DNA from: Thermoanaerobaculia bacterium
Lineage (GTDB): Bacteria > Acidobacteriota > Thermoanaerobaculia > Multivoradales > JAHEKO01
DNA length: 64,000 nt
NCBI GenBank assembly: GCA_947259195.1
Contig: CAMYLC010000155.1
Span: forward strand, 16,899 to 80,898
Direction: 5' to 3'
Shown here: piece after piece, positions 1-9,815 of the stretch
How the letters are laid out: every line of letters starts with the position of its first letter
Position numbering within the stretch: position 1 is the first letter of the stretch
Notes under the pieces: model-generated
Databases searched by the model: none
Told to the model about the DNA's origin: nothing
Seen by the model: the letters and a program-made list of their open reading frames with translations, nothing else
Translations under genes and position numbers: made by a program

Positions 1-2
1 TT

Positions 3-155
3 CCCAAGGTCTCCTCCTTCCAGCTCGCCGATCCGGAGCTCGAGAAGCTGCCTGCGGCCTCCAAGAACCTCCTGCGCTTCGGTCCCCAGAATCTGCGCCA
101 GCTCCAAGCGAAGACCAGGGAGATCTCAGCGCTGGCCAATCTGAAGGTGAATTGA
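3..155 (+). CDS. 3' end of a gene truncated by the window edge (product unknown)
   Basis: Frame 3 is open from the window edge to TGA at 153-155 (...LRFGPQNLRQLQAKTREISALANLKVN*). Third codon positions are G/C-rich. No recognisable motif. Confidence 0.35.
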   Translation, partial: PKVSSFQLADPELEKLPAASKNLLRFGPQNLRQLQAKTREISALANLKVN

Positions 156-173
156 GGGCGCCGGGCGAGGGGA

Positions 174-641
174 TCAGTCCGCCTGACGCTCCAGGAGCTC
201 CTCGCTGACGCGGGACACAGCTTTGTAGGTCCGGGCCTGACCCAGTCGAAAGCCGGAATGCATGGCGACGGCCAGCGCCCCCAATGTGAACACCGTTTCG
301 GTGGAAGGGCCGAGAGGGAGGAAGGGTCCTGGTCCGGAGTGAAAGGCCAACAGGATGACGAGGGCGATCCAGTCGATCAGGCTGACCAGAATGGCTCTTC
401 GCGTCGCCTTGGTCAGCGCCTCCATTTCAGGTCGCTCGCTCGTTGCCTCTCGGTCGTTGGACGAGCCGTCAGGAGATACCGAAACCCTGAGCTCGGCCAC
501 GTCTTCGACCAGCATCGAGATCACCGCGTTGGTGCGCCACATGGATTCTCGTCCTCTCTCTCCGACGCTCGGAGGTCTACCGGTCTCGTTGATCGGTTTC
601 ATGCTACTCCAGGTTTCGTGCTGGAAGTCCCTTGTTACCAT
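174..641 (-). CDS. hypothetical membrane protein (two predicted TM helices in the C-terminal half)
   Basis: 155-aa ORF with G/C-rich third positions and hydrophobic stretches (AILVSLIDWIALVILLAF, VFTLGALAVAMHSGF). Divergent from the M23 peptidase gene. No family motif recognised. Confidence 0.45.
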   Translation of the reverse strand: MVTRDFQHETWSSMKPINETGRPPSVGERGRESMWRTNAVISMLVEDVAELRVSVSPDGSSNDREATSERPEMEALTKATRRAILVSLIDWIALVILLAFHSGPGPFLPLGPSTETVFTLGALAVAMHSGFRLGQARTYKAVSRVSEELLERQAD

Positions 642-692
642 CGCTCTCGCGAGTGAGTCGAACCTCGGTCTCTGTCGAAGGAGGGCGATGTC

Positions 693-1520
693 TTGAAGAG
701 AGCCCTGTTGGCACCCGCTAGCTTCGCGCTACTGATCTCGATCCTGTCGGCTCCGGCTGTGGCAGAGACACTCTCTGTTGCGCCGGGTGGCGTCGTGCGC
801 TGGCCGGGACTCGAAGTCGACAGGTGCGGGCAGGCAGGCCGCACGTTCGCAGCAGTTGCTGGTGACTGCTGGTACGCGATCGATCTGCTGACTCCCGCAG
901 GTGAGATGCGGCTGTCTCGCTGGCGTCGCGGGCAGAAAGAGAGTGCGACGGTGAGGATCTCCGCCTATCCGTACGAGGTTCAGCACATTACCCTGGACGA
1001 CGACTCTCAGGTCAATCTCTCGTCGGCAGATCTGGCGAGGGTCAAGGAGGAGAACCGGCGAATCGGCGCTCTTTGGGCACTCGACACCCCTCGTCGGTTC
1101 GATCTCCCATTGTCGTCCCCCCTCGAGTCCTTGCCGAGCGGGGGGCGATTCGGGTCCAGGAGATTCTTCAACAACCAGCCGCGGAGTCCCCACAACGGAG
1201 CCGACTACTCTGCTGCCGAGGGCGACCCCGTGCTTGCAGTTGCCGACGGTAGGGTGGCCCTGGCAGGCGACTTCTTCTTCTCAGGCGGAAGCGTCTTCCT
1301 AGACCATGGTGACGGCCTGATCTCGATGTATTTCCACCTGCAGGAGTTGGCGGTCGAACAAGGTCGAGACGTCAAACGAGGAGAGGTGATCGGCAGCGTC
1401 GGGCAGACAGGACGAGCCACAGGGCCGCACCTCCATGTTGGGCTGCGCTGGCGCGGCGCCAGGATCGATCCCTCGCTCCTATTGGCTTCAACCGAGCAGA
1501 TTCCTACGATCCCGGACTAG
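693..1520 (+). CDS. secreted M23 family metallopeptidase (murein endopeptidase-like)
   Basis: TTG start preceded by AAGGAGGG at 678-685. Signal peptide MKRALLAPASFALLISILSAPAVA. M23/LytM signatures HNGADYSA...GDPVLAVADGRV and GQTGRATGPHLHVGLRW. Confidence 0.85.
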   Translation: MKRALLAPASFALLISILSAPAVAETLSVAPGGVVRWPGLEVDRCGQAGRTFAAVAGDCWYAIDLLTPAGEMRLSRWRRGQKESATVRISAYPYEVQHITLDDDSQVNLSSADLARVKEENRRIGALWALDTPRRFDLPLSSPLESLPSGGRFGSRRFFNNQPRSPHNGADYSAAEGDPVLAVADGRVALAGDFFFSGGSVFLDHGDGLISMYFHLQELAVEQGRDVKRGEVIGSVGQTGRATGPHLHVGLRWRGARIDPSLLLASTEQIPTIPD

Positions 1521-1536
1521 GCCCCTTCAGACTCTT

Positions 1537-4404
1537 CTACTCCACGCCCTCGGCGGCTTCGGCGTCGGCTGGCGCCGTGATTTCCGGAAGCAGAATGGCC
1601 TGGAGAGTATTGTCGCTACTGAAGTACTTCTTGGCGGTGGCCTTGAAATTCTCGGCAGTGACCCGTGCCAGGAGGGCATCGTAGTCCAGCACGAGCCTGG
1701 GATCCATCTGGCGGGTGTAATAGGTCCTCAGAACCGAGATCCAGAATCCGTTCTCCTTGAGATTGACCTCGCGCCGTCGCCGCTGCGCCTCGTGCACCTT
1801 CTCGGCATAGGTCTCGTCTAGGCCTTTCTTCTGCACGACTTGAAGCTCCTTCTTGACGGCGGCAATCATCTCCTCGACGTTTTCTGGGGCGCAGCCGAAG
1901 CCGATAGCGAACAGGTACCTTTCCTTGGGCCGATCGACGAGAATGCCATTCACTCCAACGCCGTAGGTTGCGCCCATGTCCTCCCTCAGAACCTCCCGCA
2001 GGCGAATCCTCAAGGCAGCGGCTAGCGACTGGATGTCATGCAGGCTTTCGCGGCTCCACTCGGCTGGGCCCCGGAGGAGGAGCTGTACCCGACTCTTGGG
2101 CTCCAGGCCGCGGTGCATCGTGACCTCTAGCTGTCCCGCGACCGGGTCGGCGCCGATATCTCGCCATGTCTCCTCGCGTCCTGTCGTGGGCAGGCCGCCC
2201 AGATAGCGCTCGACAAGGGGCCGAATGGCGTCGAGCTCGAAGTTGCCGACGATGAGAAACGTGAAGTCGCCTGTGTCGGCGAAGCGATCTCGGAAGACCT
2301 CGAGAGCGGCGTTCAGGTCGATCTCCTGTAAGACTTCAGTGGAGATCGGACGTCTTCGTAGATGGCCTCCGTAGGTGACGGTCTGTACCTCGTCACTGAA
2401 GGCGAGCTCTGGGCGGGCCTTGCGGTTCTCGATGAAGGACTCCATCCTGGTCATGAATGCCTGGAAGGCCTCGGGGTCGGCCCTCGGCGCCGTCAGGGAG
2501 AGGTAGACAAGCTGAAACAGGGTCTCCAGATCCTGTGGCGAAGCACTGGCGGTGACCCCTTCTTCGAGCTCGCCGATGAAGGGACTGACGCTGACCAGCT
2601 GGCCAGCCATGGCCTTCTCCAGCTCGATGGCGTCGAACTCGCCGACTCCCCCTCCCGAGACAACGGTGTCGGCAAAGATGGCGGAGCTGAATTTTGCGTC
2701 GGGCACCAGGGAATGTCCGCCCGGACTGAACGCTGTCAAAAGAACTTGATCGTTCTTGAAATCCGTCGGTTTCAGCACGACCAGAATGCCGTTTTCGAGG
2801 CGCCACTCGGTGACGTCGATCTCCTCGATGAAGCGCTCCTCGGCTACCTTGGAAGGGCTGGGCTCGTGGTCGAGCAACGGCTTGTCTCGAACCCGATCGT
2901 CGTAGGCTGAAATCTCGCGGTTGGCTACTGTCTCGAAGGCGGCGAGCAGAGCTTCTTCGTTCGGTAGAGGTTGGTCCGCCTTCTCGGGGCCGCTCAAGAG
3001 CACAACGCGGTTGGTTTGCTGGATCGCCTCGTCGGCCAGCTCGTTGAGCTCTTCCACGGTAACGGTCGGCAAGACCTGCTGCACGATCTCGAGCTCCATT
3101 TCGATGCCGGGAATGGGCTCATCTTCGAGAAAATGGCGCATGTACTCCGCAGCGAGAGAGGCCGACTCGCGCTTGTCCCTTTCGGCGTAGGCCTGTTCAT
3201 AGGCGCGCAGCAGATCGGCCTTCTGCCTCGCCAGCTCGGTTGCGGTGAAACCGAATCGATCGGCACGCTCCGCCTCCGTCACCAGTGACTCCAGACCGCG
3301 GACCACCTGACCTTCACGCACTCCTGCCACCTGGAGGAAGTAGTCGCTCGATCGAACGATGCCTGCCGAGGCCGAGATCCCGAAAAGAAAGGGTGGATCG
3401 GCCTCCTGGGTCAGCTCACCGAGCCGGGCGTTGACCATGCCGTGATAGAGCGACTCGACAACCTGCCTTCTGTAGTCGCCGACGGTACCCTGTTCTCGCT
3501 TCGGCAGCTTGTAGTAGACGCTGACAGAAGTCATGGTGGCTTCAGGATCCGTGGTAATGGCGAACCGGTCCTCGGCGTGGTCCGGCACCATGTAGATCTC
3601 GCGCGGCCGCGGCTCGGCGGGCGTTTCGAGGCGAGAGAAGTGCTGCTGGATGAGTTTCTGAACGGCCTGTGGTTCGAAATCACCTACTGCGATGACGGCC
3701 ATGAGGTCAGGTCGGTACCAGTCTCGGTAGAACTGGCGGAGAGCTTCGTGGGGTGCCGACTCGAGGATCTCCCTTTCGCCGATCGGTAGACGTTCGGCAT
3801 ATCTCGAGCCCTTGAACAAAACCGGGAATTGCTTGTCTCGGATGCGGGCCTCCGCCCCTCGCCCGAGGCGCCACTCCTCGACGACCACACCCCTCTCCTT
3901 GTCGATCTCCTCGCCTTCGAAGGCCAGGCCGTGGGCCCAGTCCTCGAGAATCTGAAAGGCAGTTGACACGGTCTCGTCGTCGTCGGTTGGGATCGTCAGG
4001 TTGTAGACTGTCTCGTCGAAGCTGGTGAAGGCATTGATGTCGGGTCCGAAAGTCATGCCGATGCTCTCGAGATAGTCGACCAGTTCCTGTTTCTCGAAGT
4101 TGCGCGTGCCGTTGAAGGCCATGTGCTCGACGAAGTGGGCGAGGCCTCGTTGGTTGTCGTCTTCTTGCACGGAGCCAGCGTTGACCACGAGCCAGAGCTC
4201 GGCCCGGTTCTCGGGTTTCTGGTTGGGGCGAATGAAGTACGTCAGCCCGTTATCCAGGCGACCCTTCAACACGGCGTCCTCTATGGGTAGCTCGACCGAG
4301 AGATCGAAACCGGGCTCCGACCGCAGCGCTGGCTCCTGGGCCGAAGAGAGGAGGGCTGCCAGAAGTCCGATGATCAGGAATAGGTAGGGTCTTGTGCTTC
4401 GCAT
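1537..4404 (-). CDS. M16 (insulinase/pitrilysin) family zinc protease, two-module PqqL-like, secreted
   Basis: 955-aa ORF with an ATG start and an N-terminal signal peptide. Inverted zinc motif HxxEH in LAHFVEHMAFNGT. The length fits a duplicated M16 architecture. Confidence 0.9.
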   Translation of the reverse strand: MRSTRPYLFLIIGLLAALLSSAQEPALRSEPGFDLSVELPIEDAVLKGRLDNGLTYFIRPNQKPENRAELWLVVNAGSVQEDDNQRGLAHFVEHMAFNGTRNFEKQELVDYLESIGMTFGPDINAFTSFDETVYNLTIPTDDDETVSTAFQILEDWAHGLAFEGEEIDKERGVVVEEWRLGRGAEARIRDKQFPVLFKGSRYAERLPIGEREILESAPHEALRQFYRDWYRPDLMAVIAVGDFEPQAVQKLIQQHFSRLETPAEPRPREIYMVPDHAEDRFAITTDPEATMTSVSVYYKLPKREQGTVGDYRRQVVESLYHGMVNARLGELTQEADPPFLFGISASAGIVRSSDYFLQVAGVREGQVVRGLESLVTEAERADRFGFTATELARQKADLLRAYEQAYAERDKRESASLAAEYMRHFLEDEPIPGIEMELEIVQQVLPTVTVEELNELADEAIQQTNRVVLLSGPEKADQPLPNEEALLAAFETVANREISAYDDRVRDKPLLDHEPSPSKVAEERFIEEIDVTEWRLENGILVVLKPTDFKNDQVLLTAFSPGGHSLVPDAKFSSAIFADTVVSGGGVGEFDAIELEKAMAGQLVSVSPFIGELEEGVTASASPQDLETLFQLVYLSLTAPRADPEAFQAFMTRMESFIENRKARPELAFSDEVQTVTYGGHLRRRPISTEVLQEIDLNAALEVFRDRFADTGDFTFLIVGNFELDAIRPLVERYLGGLPTTGREETWRDIGADPVAGQLEVTMHRGLEPKSRVQLLLRGPAEWSRESLHDIQSLAAALRIRLREVLREDMGATYGVGVNGILVDRPKERYLFAIGFGCAPENVEEMIAAVKKELQVVQKKGLDETYAEKVHEAQRRRREVNLKENGFWISVLRTYYTRQMDPRLVLDYDALLARVTAENFKATAKKYFSSDNTLQAILLPEITAPADAEAAEGVE

Positions 4405-4572
4405 GTCGTTGCCCTCGAAAGACGGTTCTTTTCGCTAGCAGTATGAATCGGAGGCCTACTATATCCGCCACCGCCAGAATTCAGCTGGGTGAAACTTTTT
4501 ACCTCGGTCTCCGTCATATGGAGTAGTTGACGTGATCGACGGCAGATGGAAGACATCAAGGAGAGATCGAAC

Positions 4573-5139
4573 ATGCGACAGAGAACACTCCGAATCGTAG
4601 GCCTGGCATCTGTTCTGATTCTGGCTGCTGGTAGCGCCATGGCGGCAGACCTCTGGCTCCATGTCCGAGTCGAGGAGAAGGACGGAGCCACGGTGAAGGT
4701 CAACCTGCCTGTCACCATGCTGGAAAAGGCAGTCGGCATGATTCCCGAGGAGCACTTCCACGACGGACGGATCGAGATCGATGATTGGCACACCAGCACC
4801 GCCGATCTCCGCGAGCTCTGGTCGGAGCTCAAGAACAGCCCCGATATGACCTTTGTCACCGTGCAGGAGGATGACGAGCTCGTCAGGGTCTGGAAGGAGT
4901 CCGGTTATCTGAAGGTCAACGTTCGAGAGGGGGGCGACGAGGGATCAAGTGGTGAGAATGTCGATGTCAGCCTTCCCTTGGCCGTTGTCGATGCGCTCCT
5001 GTCGGGCGATGACAGCGAGCTGAATATCACCGCCGCTATCGAAGCCCTGGTCGAAGAGGGTGAAGGCGAGCTGGTCACGGTCAGCGGTGACGACGAGAAG
5101 GTCCGGGTGTGGGTCGATCGCGTTGCTGAGGCCGACTGA
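4573..5139 (+). CDS. secreted protein of unknown function (paralog 1 of a tandem pair)
   Basis: ATG at 4573 with AAGGAGAG upstream. Signal peptide ending AGSAMA. Shares the motif block DMTFVTVQEDDELVRVWKESGYLKVNV with the next gene (DFTLVEVQNGSEHVKVYKENGVLKVEV). Confidence 0.6.
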   Translation: MRQRTLRIVGLASVLILAAGSAMAADLWLHVRVEEKDGATVKVNLPVTMLEKAVGMIPEEHFHDGRIEIDDWHTSTADLRELWSELKNSPDMTFVTVQEDDELVRVWKESGYLKVNVREGGDEGSSGENVDVSLPLAVVDALLSGDDSELNITAAIEALVEEGEGELVTVSGDDEKVRVWVDRVAEAD

Positions 5140-5161
5140 CGCAAAAGGGGGCTCGAGAATC

Positions 5162-5614
5162 ATGAAGAAATTCCTGACGTTCTTCGCTGTCGGATTCGCG
5201 GTTCTCATCCTCAGCTGGGTGGTGCTCATCGGTGCTGTCTACGCCTGGGGCGGAATGATGACCGTGCATGTCCAGGATCGCCACGAGGGACTCAACCTGT
5301 ATCTTCCGGTGCCGGTAGCAGTGGTCGATGCGGCGGTGGCTACTGGCGGACTGGTGCTACGCCGCGAGCAACTCCTCGACATCGACGTAGATCTGGGAGA
5401 GTGGGAGCCCATGGTGAGGGGAATCGTGGAGGCCCTAGACGATTGCCCAGATTTCACTCTGGTGGAAGTTCAGAATGGCTCGGAGCACGTCAAGGTGTAC
5501 AAGGAGAACGGAGTGTTGAAGGTGGAAGTAGACGAGGACGATGTCAGGGTTCGTGTTGCGGTGCCCACCAGCGCAGTCGAACGCAACGCGAAGCGCCTGG
5601 CGCGCTGGATCTAG
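5162..5614 (+). CDS. membrane-anchored or secreted protein of unknown function (paralog 2 of a tandem pair)
   Basis: ATG at 5162 (MKKFLTFFAVGFAVLILSW...). The longer 5060 start overlaps the upstream gene. Similarity to the preceding gene is visible by eye over most of its length. Confidence 0.6.
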   Translation: MKKFLTFFAVGFAVLILSWVVLIGAVYAWGGMMTVHVQDRHEGLNLYLPVPVAVVDAAVATGGLVLRREQLLDIDVDLGEWEPMVRGIVEALDDCPDFTLVEVQNGSEHVKVYKENGVLKVEVDEDDVRVRVAVPTSAVERNAKRLARWI

Positions 5615-5651
5615 CTCGACCGAGCTCGACCAACAGGTTGACAACGAAATT

Positions 5652-5684
5652 GCCCGCTCCGCGCCCGCGGATCGGGCTTTCTTA
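5652..5684. terminator. putative bidirectional intrinsic terminator between convergent genes
   Basis: GC-rich hairpin GCCCG...CGGGC (5652-5677) enclosing CCGCG/CGCGG. It is followed by TTTCTTA on the + strand and preceded by an A/T-rich GAAATT. Confidence 0.4.
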
Positions 5685-5695
5685 TTGGCGTCGGG

Positions 5696-6199
5696 CTATT
5701 CGGCTCCGAAGTCGACGAGCTGGCGGTAGAGACTGGATTCGCGTTTGAAGAAGCCCTGCGTGTGGAAGCTCTCGCGCAGCCCGTACAGCTCGTAGTCGAG
5801 GTGGTGGCAGACCTCATGCAGGAGGGTGCGCAGGAAGGTTCGAAAGGCTACGACCTGCCGACGCTGGGCGGTCCGCATCCAGACCGAGATTCGGGCTCTA
5901 TGTCCTGAAGATCCTGGCTCGTAGAGGCCGTGCAGCTCGCTGCGGGAGCCCCGGGGTCGAGCGAGTTCGACAACGACCTCGAAGGGCTCGACCTCCAGGG
6001 AACGAGTCAGCGCGTCGGCCAAGGCCTGGCTGGCGGTCGCCACGACGCTACGATTCTCCGAGAGTAGCGCTTCTTTCAGGTCCCGGGTGAGAGGCCGCAG
6101 CTCTGCGAGCCTAGGGACAACCACCGAGTCGATGGAGTCACTGCGCCGATACACTCGGCGCCTTCCGGCGCTCAGACGGTGATAGTAGGCGTAGGGCAC
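5696..6199 (-). CDS. putative zinc metallopeptidase-like protein with an HExxH motif, family not recognised
   Basis: 167-aa ORF with a GTG start. HEVCHH in FLRTLLHEVCHHLDYEL. Lies 43 nt downstream of the Ser/Thr kinase gene on the same strand. Confidence 0.5.
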   Translation of the reverse strand: MPYAYYHRLSAGRRRVYRRSDSIDSVVVPRLAELRPLTRDLKEALLSENRSVVATASQALADALTRSLEVEPFEVVVELARPRGSRSELHGLYEPGSSGHRARISVWMRTAQRRQVVAFRTFLRTLLHEVCHHLDYELYGLRESFHTQGFFKRESSLYRQLVDFGAE

Positions 6200-6242
6200 G
6201 CGTTACAAAACGAAGACTGAAGATCGATCGTGGGCCGACCAG

Positions 6243-8249
6243 CTATTCGAGGAGGGCTTCGACCTTTCCCTTGCGCAAAAGCTCTATGTTCAGCCTCCGC
6301 GTCTCTCCTGCCCGAAACTCGGTCGGGACGGTGGTGAGCTTGGATTCTCCCTCGACAAGGAGGTAGATCCTCAGGGTACGGGTGCCTGGAGAGACCTTGC
6401 CAATGGCATCGAACCCTCCCAGCGTGCGTTTGGGTCTCAGGAGTCGAGATTTCTTCTCGTACCGAAATTGCTCCTTGAGGATCTGGGAGTCGTCGGCATA
6501 GAGGGTCAGGATGCCCGCGGGGACGCGACTCGTGAAGTGGACCTCGAGGATGACCGGGCCGGTGCTCGGTGCCAGGGATGACAAATCCTCCGTAGTGCCG
6601 GCGTCGGCGACCAAGGTCTCGGTACTCTCGGGGGCGTCGGTGGTTGCCGAATCGCTCGGCTCTCGGCTGTCCGATACGCTGACGGTCCTTGTTGCGATGG
6701 CCGGCTCGGCTGGCTCGATCTCCGGAACCGGTAGGGCGACTGCCTGGTCGTCCAGGAGAGCCTGCAGGACATCCTCACCCTCCCAGCCGAGAACGGACAT
6801 CCCGACTTGCCGAGCCACGGCACCGGCGATCTCAGATTGGACTTCCAAGGGCTCGGTAGCCGACCGGTCGAAACTCTCGGACCAGATCTGGATGTCGTCG
6901 GCGACTCGAATCAGTTGGGGAGTGACTCGGACCCGCGGATTGGCAGTGTCTCGGTCGTCCCATTGGACGGTACCCAATACGACGTGGGCGGCTCCCAGCC
7001 GCTCACCAATCTGCTGGGTGCCGATTTCGGCTCGGGCGTGACGCGCCGCCGTCGCAGTGGAGACCACCTGAAGATCATCCAGGGTTGTCAACTTGCTGGT
7101 GATCTCCTCGGCCAGACCGATGGTTAGATCGTCACTACCGTCGCTTCCCAGGGTCTTGAATGGGAGCACCGCGATGGTCTCCATCGCAGGAGGGGGGACA
7201 GCAACGGTCTCAGGCACGGCAATTTGAGGAGTTTGACGGCCCCGTGCGACGAAGAGCGACGCCAGAGCTGCGATGGTGACGACTGCCAAGAAGGCCAGCA
7301 AAAGCTTGGTTCTGGACTTGGGGAGTTTCTGGTCGGTGGCGACGGCCGATCGCGTCTTGGTTTCGAACATCTGACCGGTCTCGATCTCCCGCTTGAGCTC
7401 TTCGAGCTCGTTGCGCAGATCGGCGGAGGATTGATACCGGCGAGTGACGTCCTTCTCCAAGCAACGCTTGACGATTCTGCCGAGGTGCGGGGGCAGATCC
7501 ATCTTGAGATCGGTGACGGGTGGAGGAGTATCCCGCAGAATCGAGCTGATCACTTCAGCCGAAGTGGCCCCCTTGAAGGGACGGCGGCCGCTGACCATCT
7601 GGTAGAGGACGATGCCCAGGGAGAAGATGTCCGAACGGGGATCGGGACCGGTGCCCTTGAGCTGTTCCGGCGCCATGTATGGGACGGTGCCCAGAACACT
7701 GCCTTCTTTGGTCAACGCCTGGGTGGACAGTGTCTGGTTGGAGAGTGTGTCGGCGGTATCCTCCTCCGGGGCTTCGAGGAGCTTTGCCAGACCAAAGTCG
7801 AGGACCTTGACCCGACCATCGTCCGTCAGCATGACGTTGCCGGGTTTGAGGTCGCGGTGCGTGATACCGCTGGCGTGAGCGGTGGCCAGAGCATCGGTCA
7901 TCGGAATCGCGATTTGGAAGAACTGATCTACCTTCATCCCGCCTTCTGCGATGATCTCGCCGAGGGGCTTGCCCTCTACCAACTCCATGACCAGGAACGG
8001 CACACCGTCGTCCTCCTCGACGGCGAAAAGGGTCACGATATTGGGATGGTTCAAGCTGGCTACCGTCTGTGCTTCTCGTTCGAATCGCTTCAATCGCCTT
8101 GGGTCGGAGGCCATCTCTGCGGGCAGGAACTTGACGGCGACCTTGCGATTGAGCTTGGTGTCCTCGGCGAGATAGACGGCACCCATGCCGCCTTCGCCCA
8201 GCTTTCGCAGGATGCGATAGTGCAGGATGGTCTTGCCGATTTCACTCAT
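6243..8249 (-). CDS. transmembrane Ser/Thr protein kinase with an extracytoplasmic C-terminal region
   Basis: Hanks kinase motifs: GEGGMGAVY (Gly loop), VAVK, HRDLKPGNVML, DFGLAK, and APE in VPYMAPEQ. One TM helix (LLLAFLAVVTIAALASLFV) is followed by about 330 aa predicted outside the membrane. Confidence 0.9.
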   Translation of the reverse strand: MSEIGKTILHYRILRKLGEGGMGAVYLAEDTKLNRKVAVKFLPAEMASDPRRLKRFEREAQTVASLNHPNIVTLFAVEEDDGVPFLVMELVEGKPLGEIIAEGGMKVDQFFQIAIPMTDALATAHASGITHRDLKPGNVMLTDDGRVKVLDFGLAKLLEAPEEDTADTLSNQTLSTQALTKEGSVLGTVPYMAPEQLKGTGPDPRSDIFSLGIVLYQMVSGRRPFKGATSAEVISSILRDTPPPVTDLKMDLPPHLGRIVKRCLEKDVTRRYQSSADLRNELEELKREIETGQMFETKTRSAVATDQKLPKSRTKLLLAFLAVVTIAALASLFVARGRQTPQIAVPETVAVPPPAMETIAVLPFKTLGSDGSDDLTIGLAEEITSKLTTLDDLQVVSTATAARHARAEIGTQQIGERLGAAHVVLGTVQWDDRDTANPRVRVTPQLIRVADDIQIWSESFDRSATEPLEVQSEIAGAVARQVGMSVLGWEGEDVLQALLDDQAVALPVPEIEPAEPAIATRTVSVSDSREPSDSATTDAPESTETLVADAGTTEDLSSLAPSTGPVILEVHFTSRVPAGILTLYADDSQILKEQFRYEKKSRLLRPKRTLGGFDAIGKVSPGTRTLRIYLLVEGESKLTTVPTEFRAGETRRLNIELLRKGKVEALLE

Positions 8250-8359
8250 CTTCCGAGTCGCCAGTTGACTTACCAGTTGGGCGAGTCTACCAAGATTTCG
8301 GTCGGCCTTCTCACGGCTGATAGGCAGTCAGCGGACGTTTTCGTACTAGGATCCTCCGC

Positions 8360-9085
8360 ATGGGGCTGAAGATTCTCCTGCTGCAGGCCAGAAGCGAGGG
8401 CGATCCGATGCGACAGGCGGAGCGCCGCTCCTTTGCGGACAAGACCGGCCTGAGCCTCGAGCAGATCGTCACACACGACCTCCTGGCCGGCCCCCCAAGG
8501 CTTGCCGACTTGGCAGCTCATGATGCGGTCATGGTCGGGGGTAGTGGCGACTACTACGTTTCGAATCGAACACTGCCTCACTTCGAATCCCAGTTGGAGT
8601 TCCTGAGTGAAGTCGTGGAACGCGGGTATCCAATGTTCGCCTCTTGCTTCGGCTTCCAGATCTTGGTGGCGGCCTTGGGCGGGGAAGTGACTTATGACCC
8701 GGAGAGCATGGAAGTCGGGACCTATCGCCTGACGGTTTCGGAAGAAGGTCGACGGGATCCCCTGATGGGTCGACTGCCAGAGTCGTTCGAAGCGCAGATG
8801 GGTCGCAAGGACCGGGCGCTTCGACTTCCTGGTGGGGTCGTCAACCTGGCCAGCAGTGAGCTGAACCCCTTTCAGGCCCTTCGCGTACCAGGCAAACCCA
8901 TCTGGGCCACTCAATTCCATCCGGAGCTGGATTTGGAGACCAACCTCGAACGCTACTATCGATATCTCGAAGGTTATGCCGAGATACTCTCTCTCGAAGA
9001 GCAGCGGCTCGCTTTGGAGAACTTCAGGGAAAGCCCCTATACCGAGGCTCTGCTGCCTGGATTCCTGGAGCTGGTCTTCGGCTGA
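8360..9085 (+). CDS. class I glutamine amidotransferase-like protein
   Basis: GATase1 nucleophile-elbow context (PMFASCFGFQILVAALGG) and the downstream FHPE motif (ATQFHPELD). Confidence 0.8.
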   Translation: MGLKILLLQARSEGDPMRQAERRSFADKTGLSLEQIVTHDLLAGPPRLADLAAHDAVMVGGSGDYYVSNRTLPHFESQLEFLSEVVERGYPMFASCFGFQILVAALGGEVTYDPESMEVGTYRLTVSEEGRRDPLMGRLPESFEAQMGRKDRALRLPGGVVNLASSELNPFQALRVPGKPIWATQFHPELDLETNLERYYRYLEGYAEILSLEEQRLALENFRESPYTEALLPGFLELVFG

Positions 9086-9237
9086 TTCGCCGCGCCAAGA
9101 ACCGATGCGGCATGAAGGGCGGCACAGAATCCGACAATGCCACCCTGAAAACGACAAGAACCCCACCCCGAAGCACGACGCTCCGAGGCGGGGTCCCAGG
9201 TACTTGTAACTAAGCCGTTAAGAGCCTGAGTGGCGCC

Positions 9238-9531
9238 TTAGTCGGCAACCCGGTCCTTCAGACCCTTGCCGGGCTTGAAGAACGGATAGTTCTTCGCAGC
9301 AATCATGATGGTCTGGCCGGTTGCAGGGTTGCGGCCCTGGCGTGCGGCGCGGTTCTTGGTGCCGAAGGTGCCGAAGCCGGGGATCTGAACCTTGCGGCTG
9401 CCATCCAGCTCGATGGCAATGATGCCAGTTCCAGGCTTGGTATCGAAGATCGCGGAGACAATCTCCAGCGCCTTCGCCTGCGACAGGTCACACTTCTTGG
9501 CGAGCTTCTCAGCCATTTCCGTCTTGTTCAT
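9238..9531 (-). CDS. hup: HU family nucleoid-associated DNA-binding protein
   Basis: MNKTEMAEKLAKK... with the HU arm RAARQGRNPATGQTIMIAAKNYPFFKPGKGLK. ATG at 9531 with GGAG 5 nt upstream. The track's 9537 start is a GTG two codons earlier. Confidence 0.9.
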   Translation of the reverse strand: MNKTEMAEKLAKKCDLSQAKALEIVSAIFDTKPGTGIIAIELDGSRKVQIPGFGTFGTKNRAARQGRNPATGQTIMIAAKNYPFFKPGKGLKDRVAD

Positions 9532-9815
9532 TTCCACTCCTCAGGTTTCTTGATCGGGAAGAGGTCACTTCTGGACCCTTGTTCCCCCCAGGTCAACGAT
9601 TTGTCGACATCTTTCTCATTGTTGCCGACGACGTACGAGTGACTGCTGTTTTGGTCAATCGACCTCTTTGATTCAAGAGGATCACTCGACCCTCGAGTTG
9701 GTGTACTGCCGTTGAGTGAGTTCGTCCTCGTCAGGCATACTCCGCTTCGTTCGAGATGGCGAGATTCTAGCACGATCCGAGGCGAAAAACTCAAGGATTT
9801 ACTGGATTCTAGTGG

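Noticed and set aside
7224-9166. ORFs 7224-8369 (+, 381 aa) and 8270-9166 (-, 298 aa).
   Set aside because: They are antisense to the Ser/Thr kinase and the GATase1 gene respectively. They have no motifs and are overlapped by well-supported genes.
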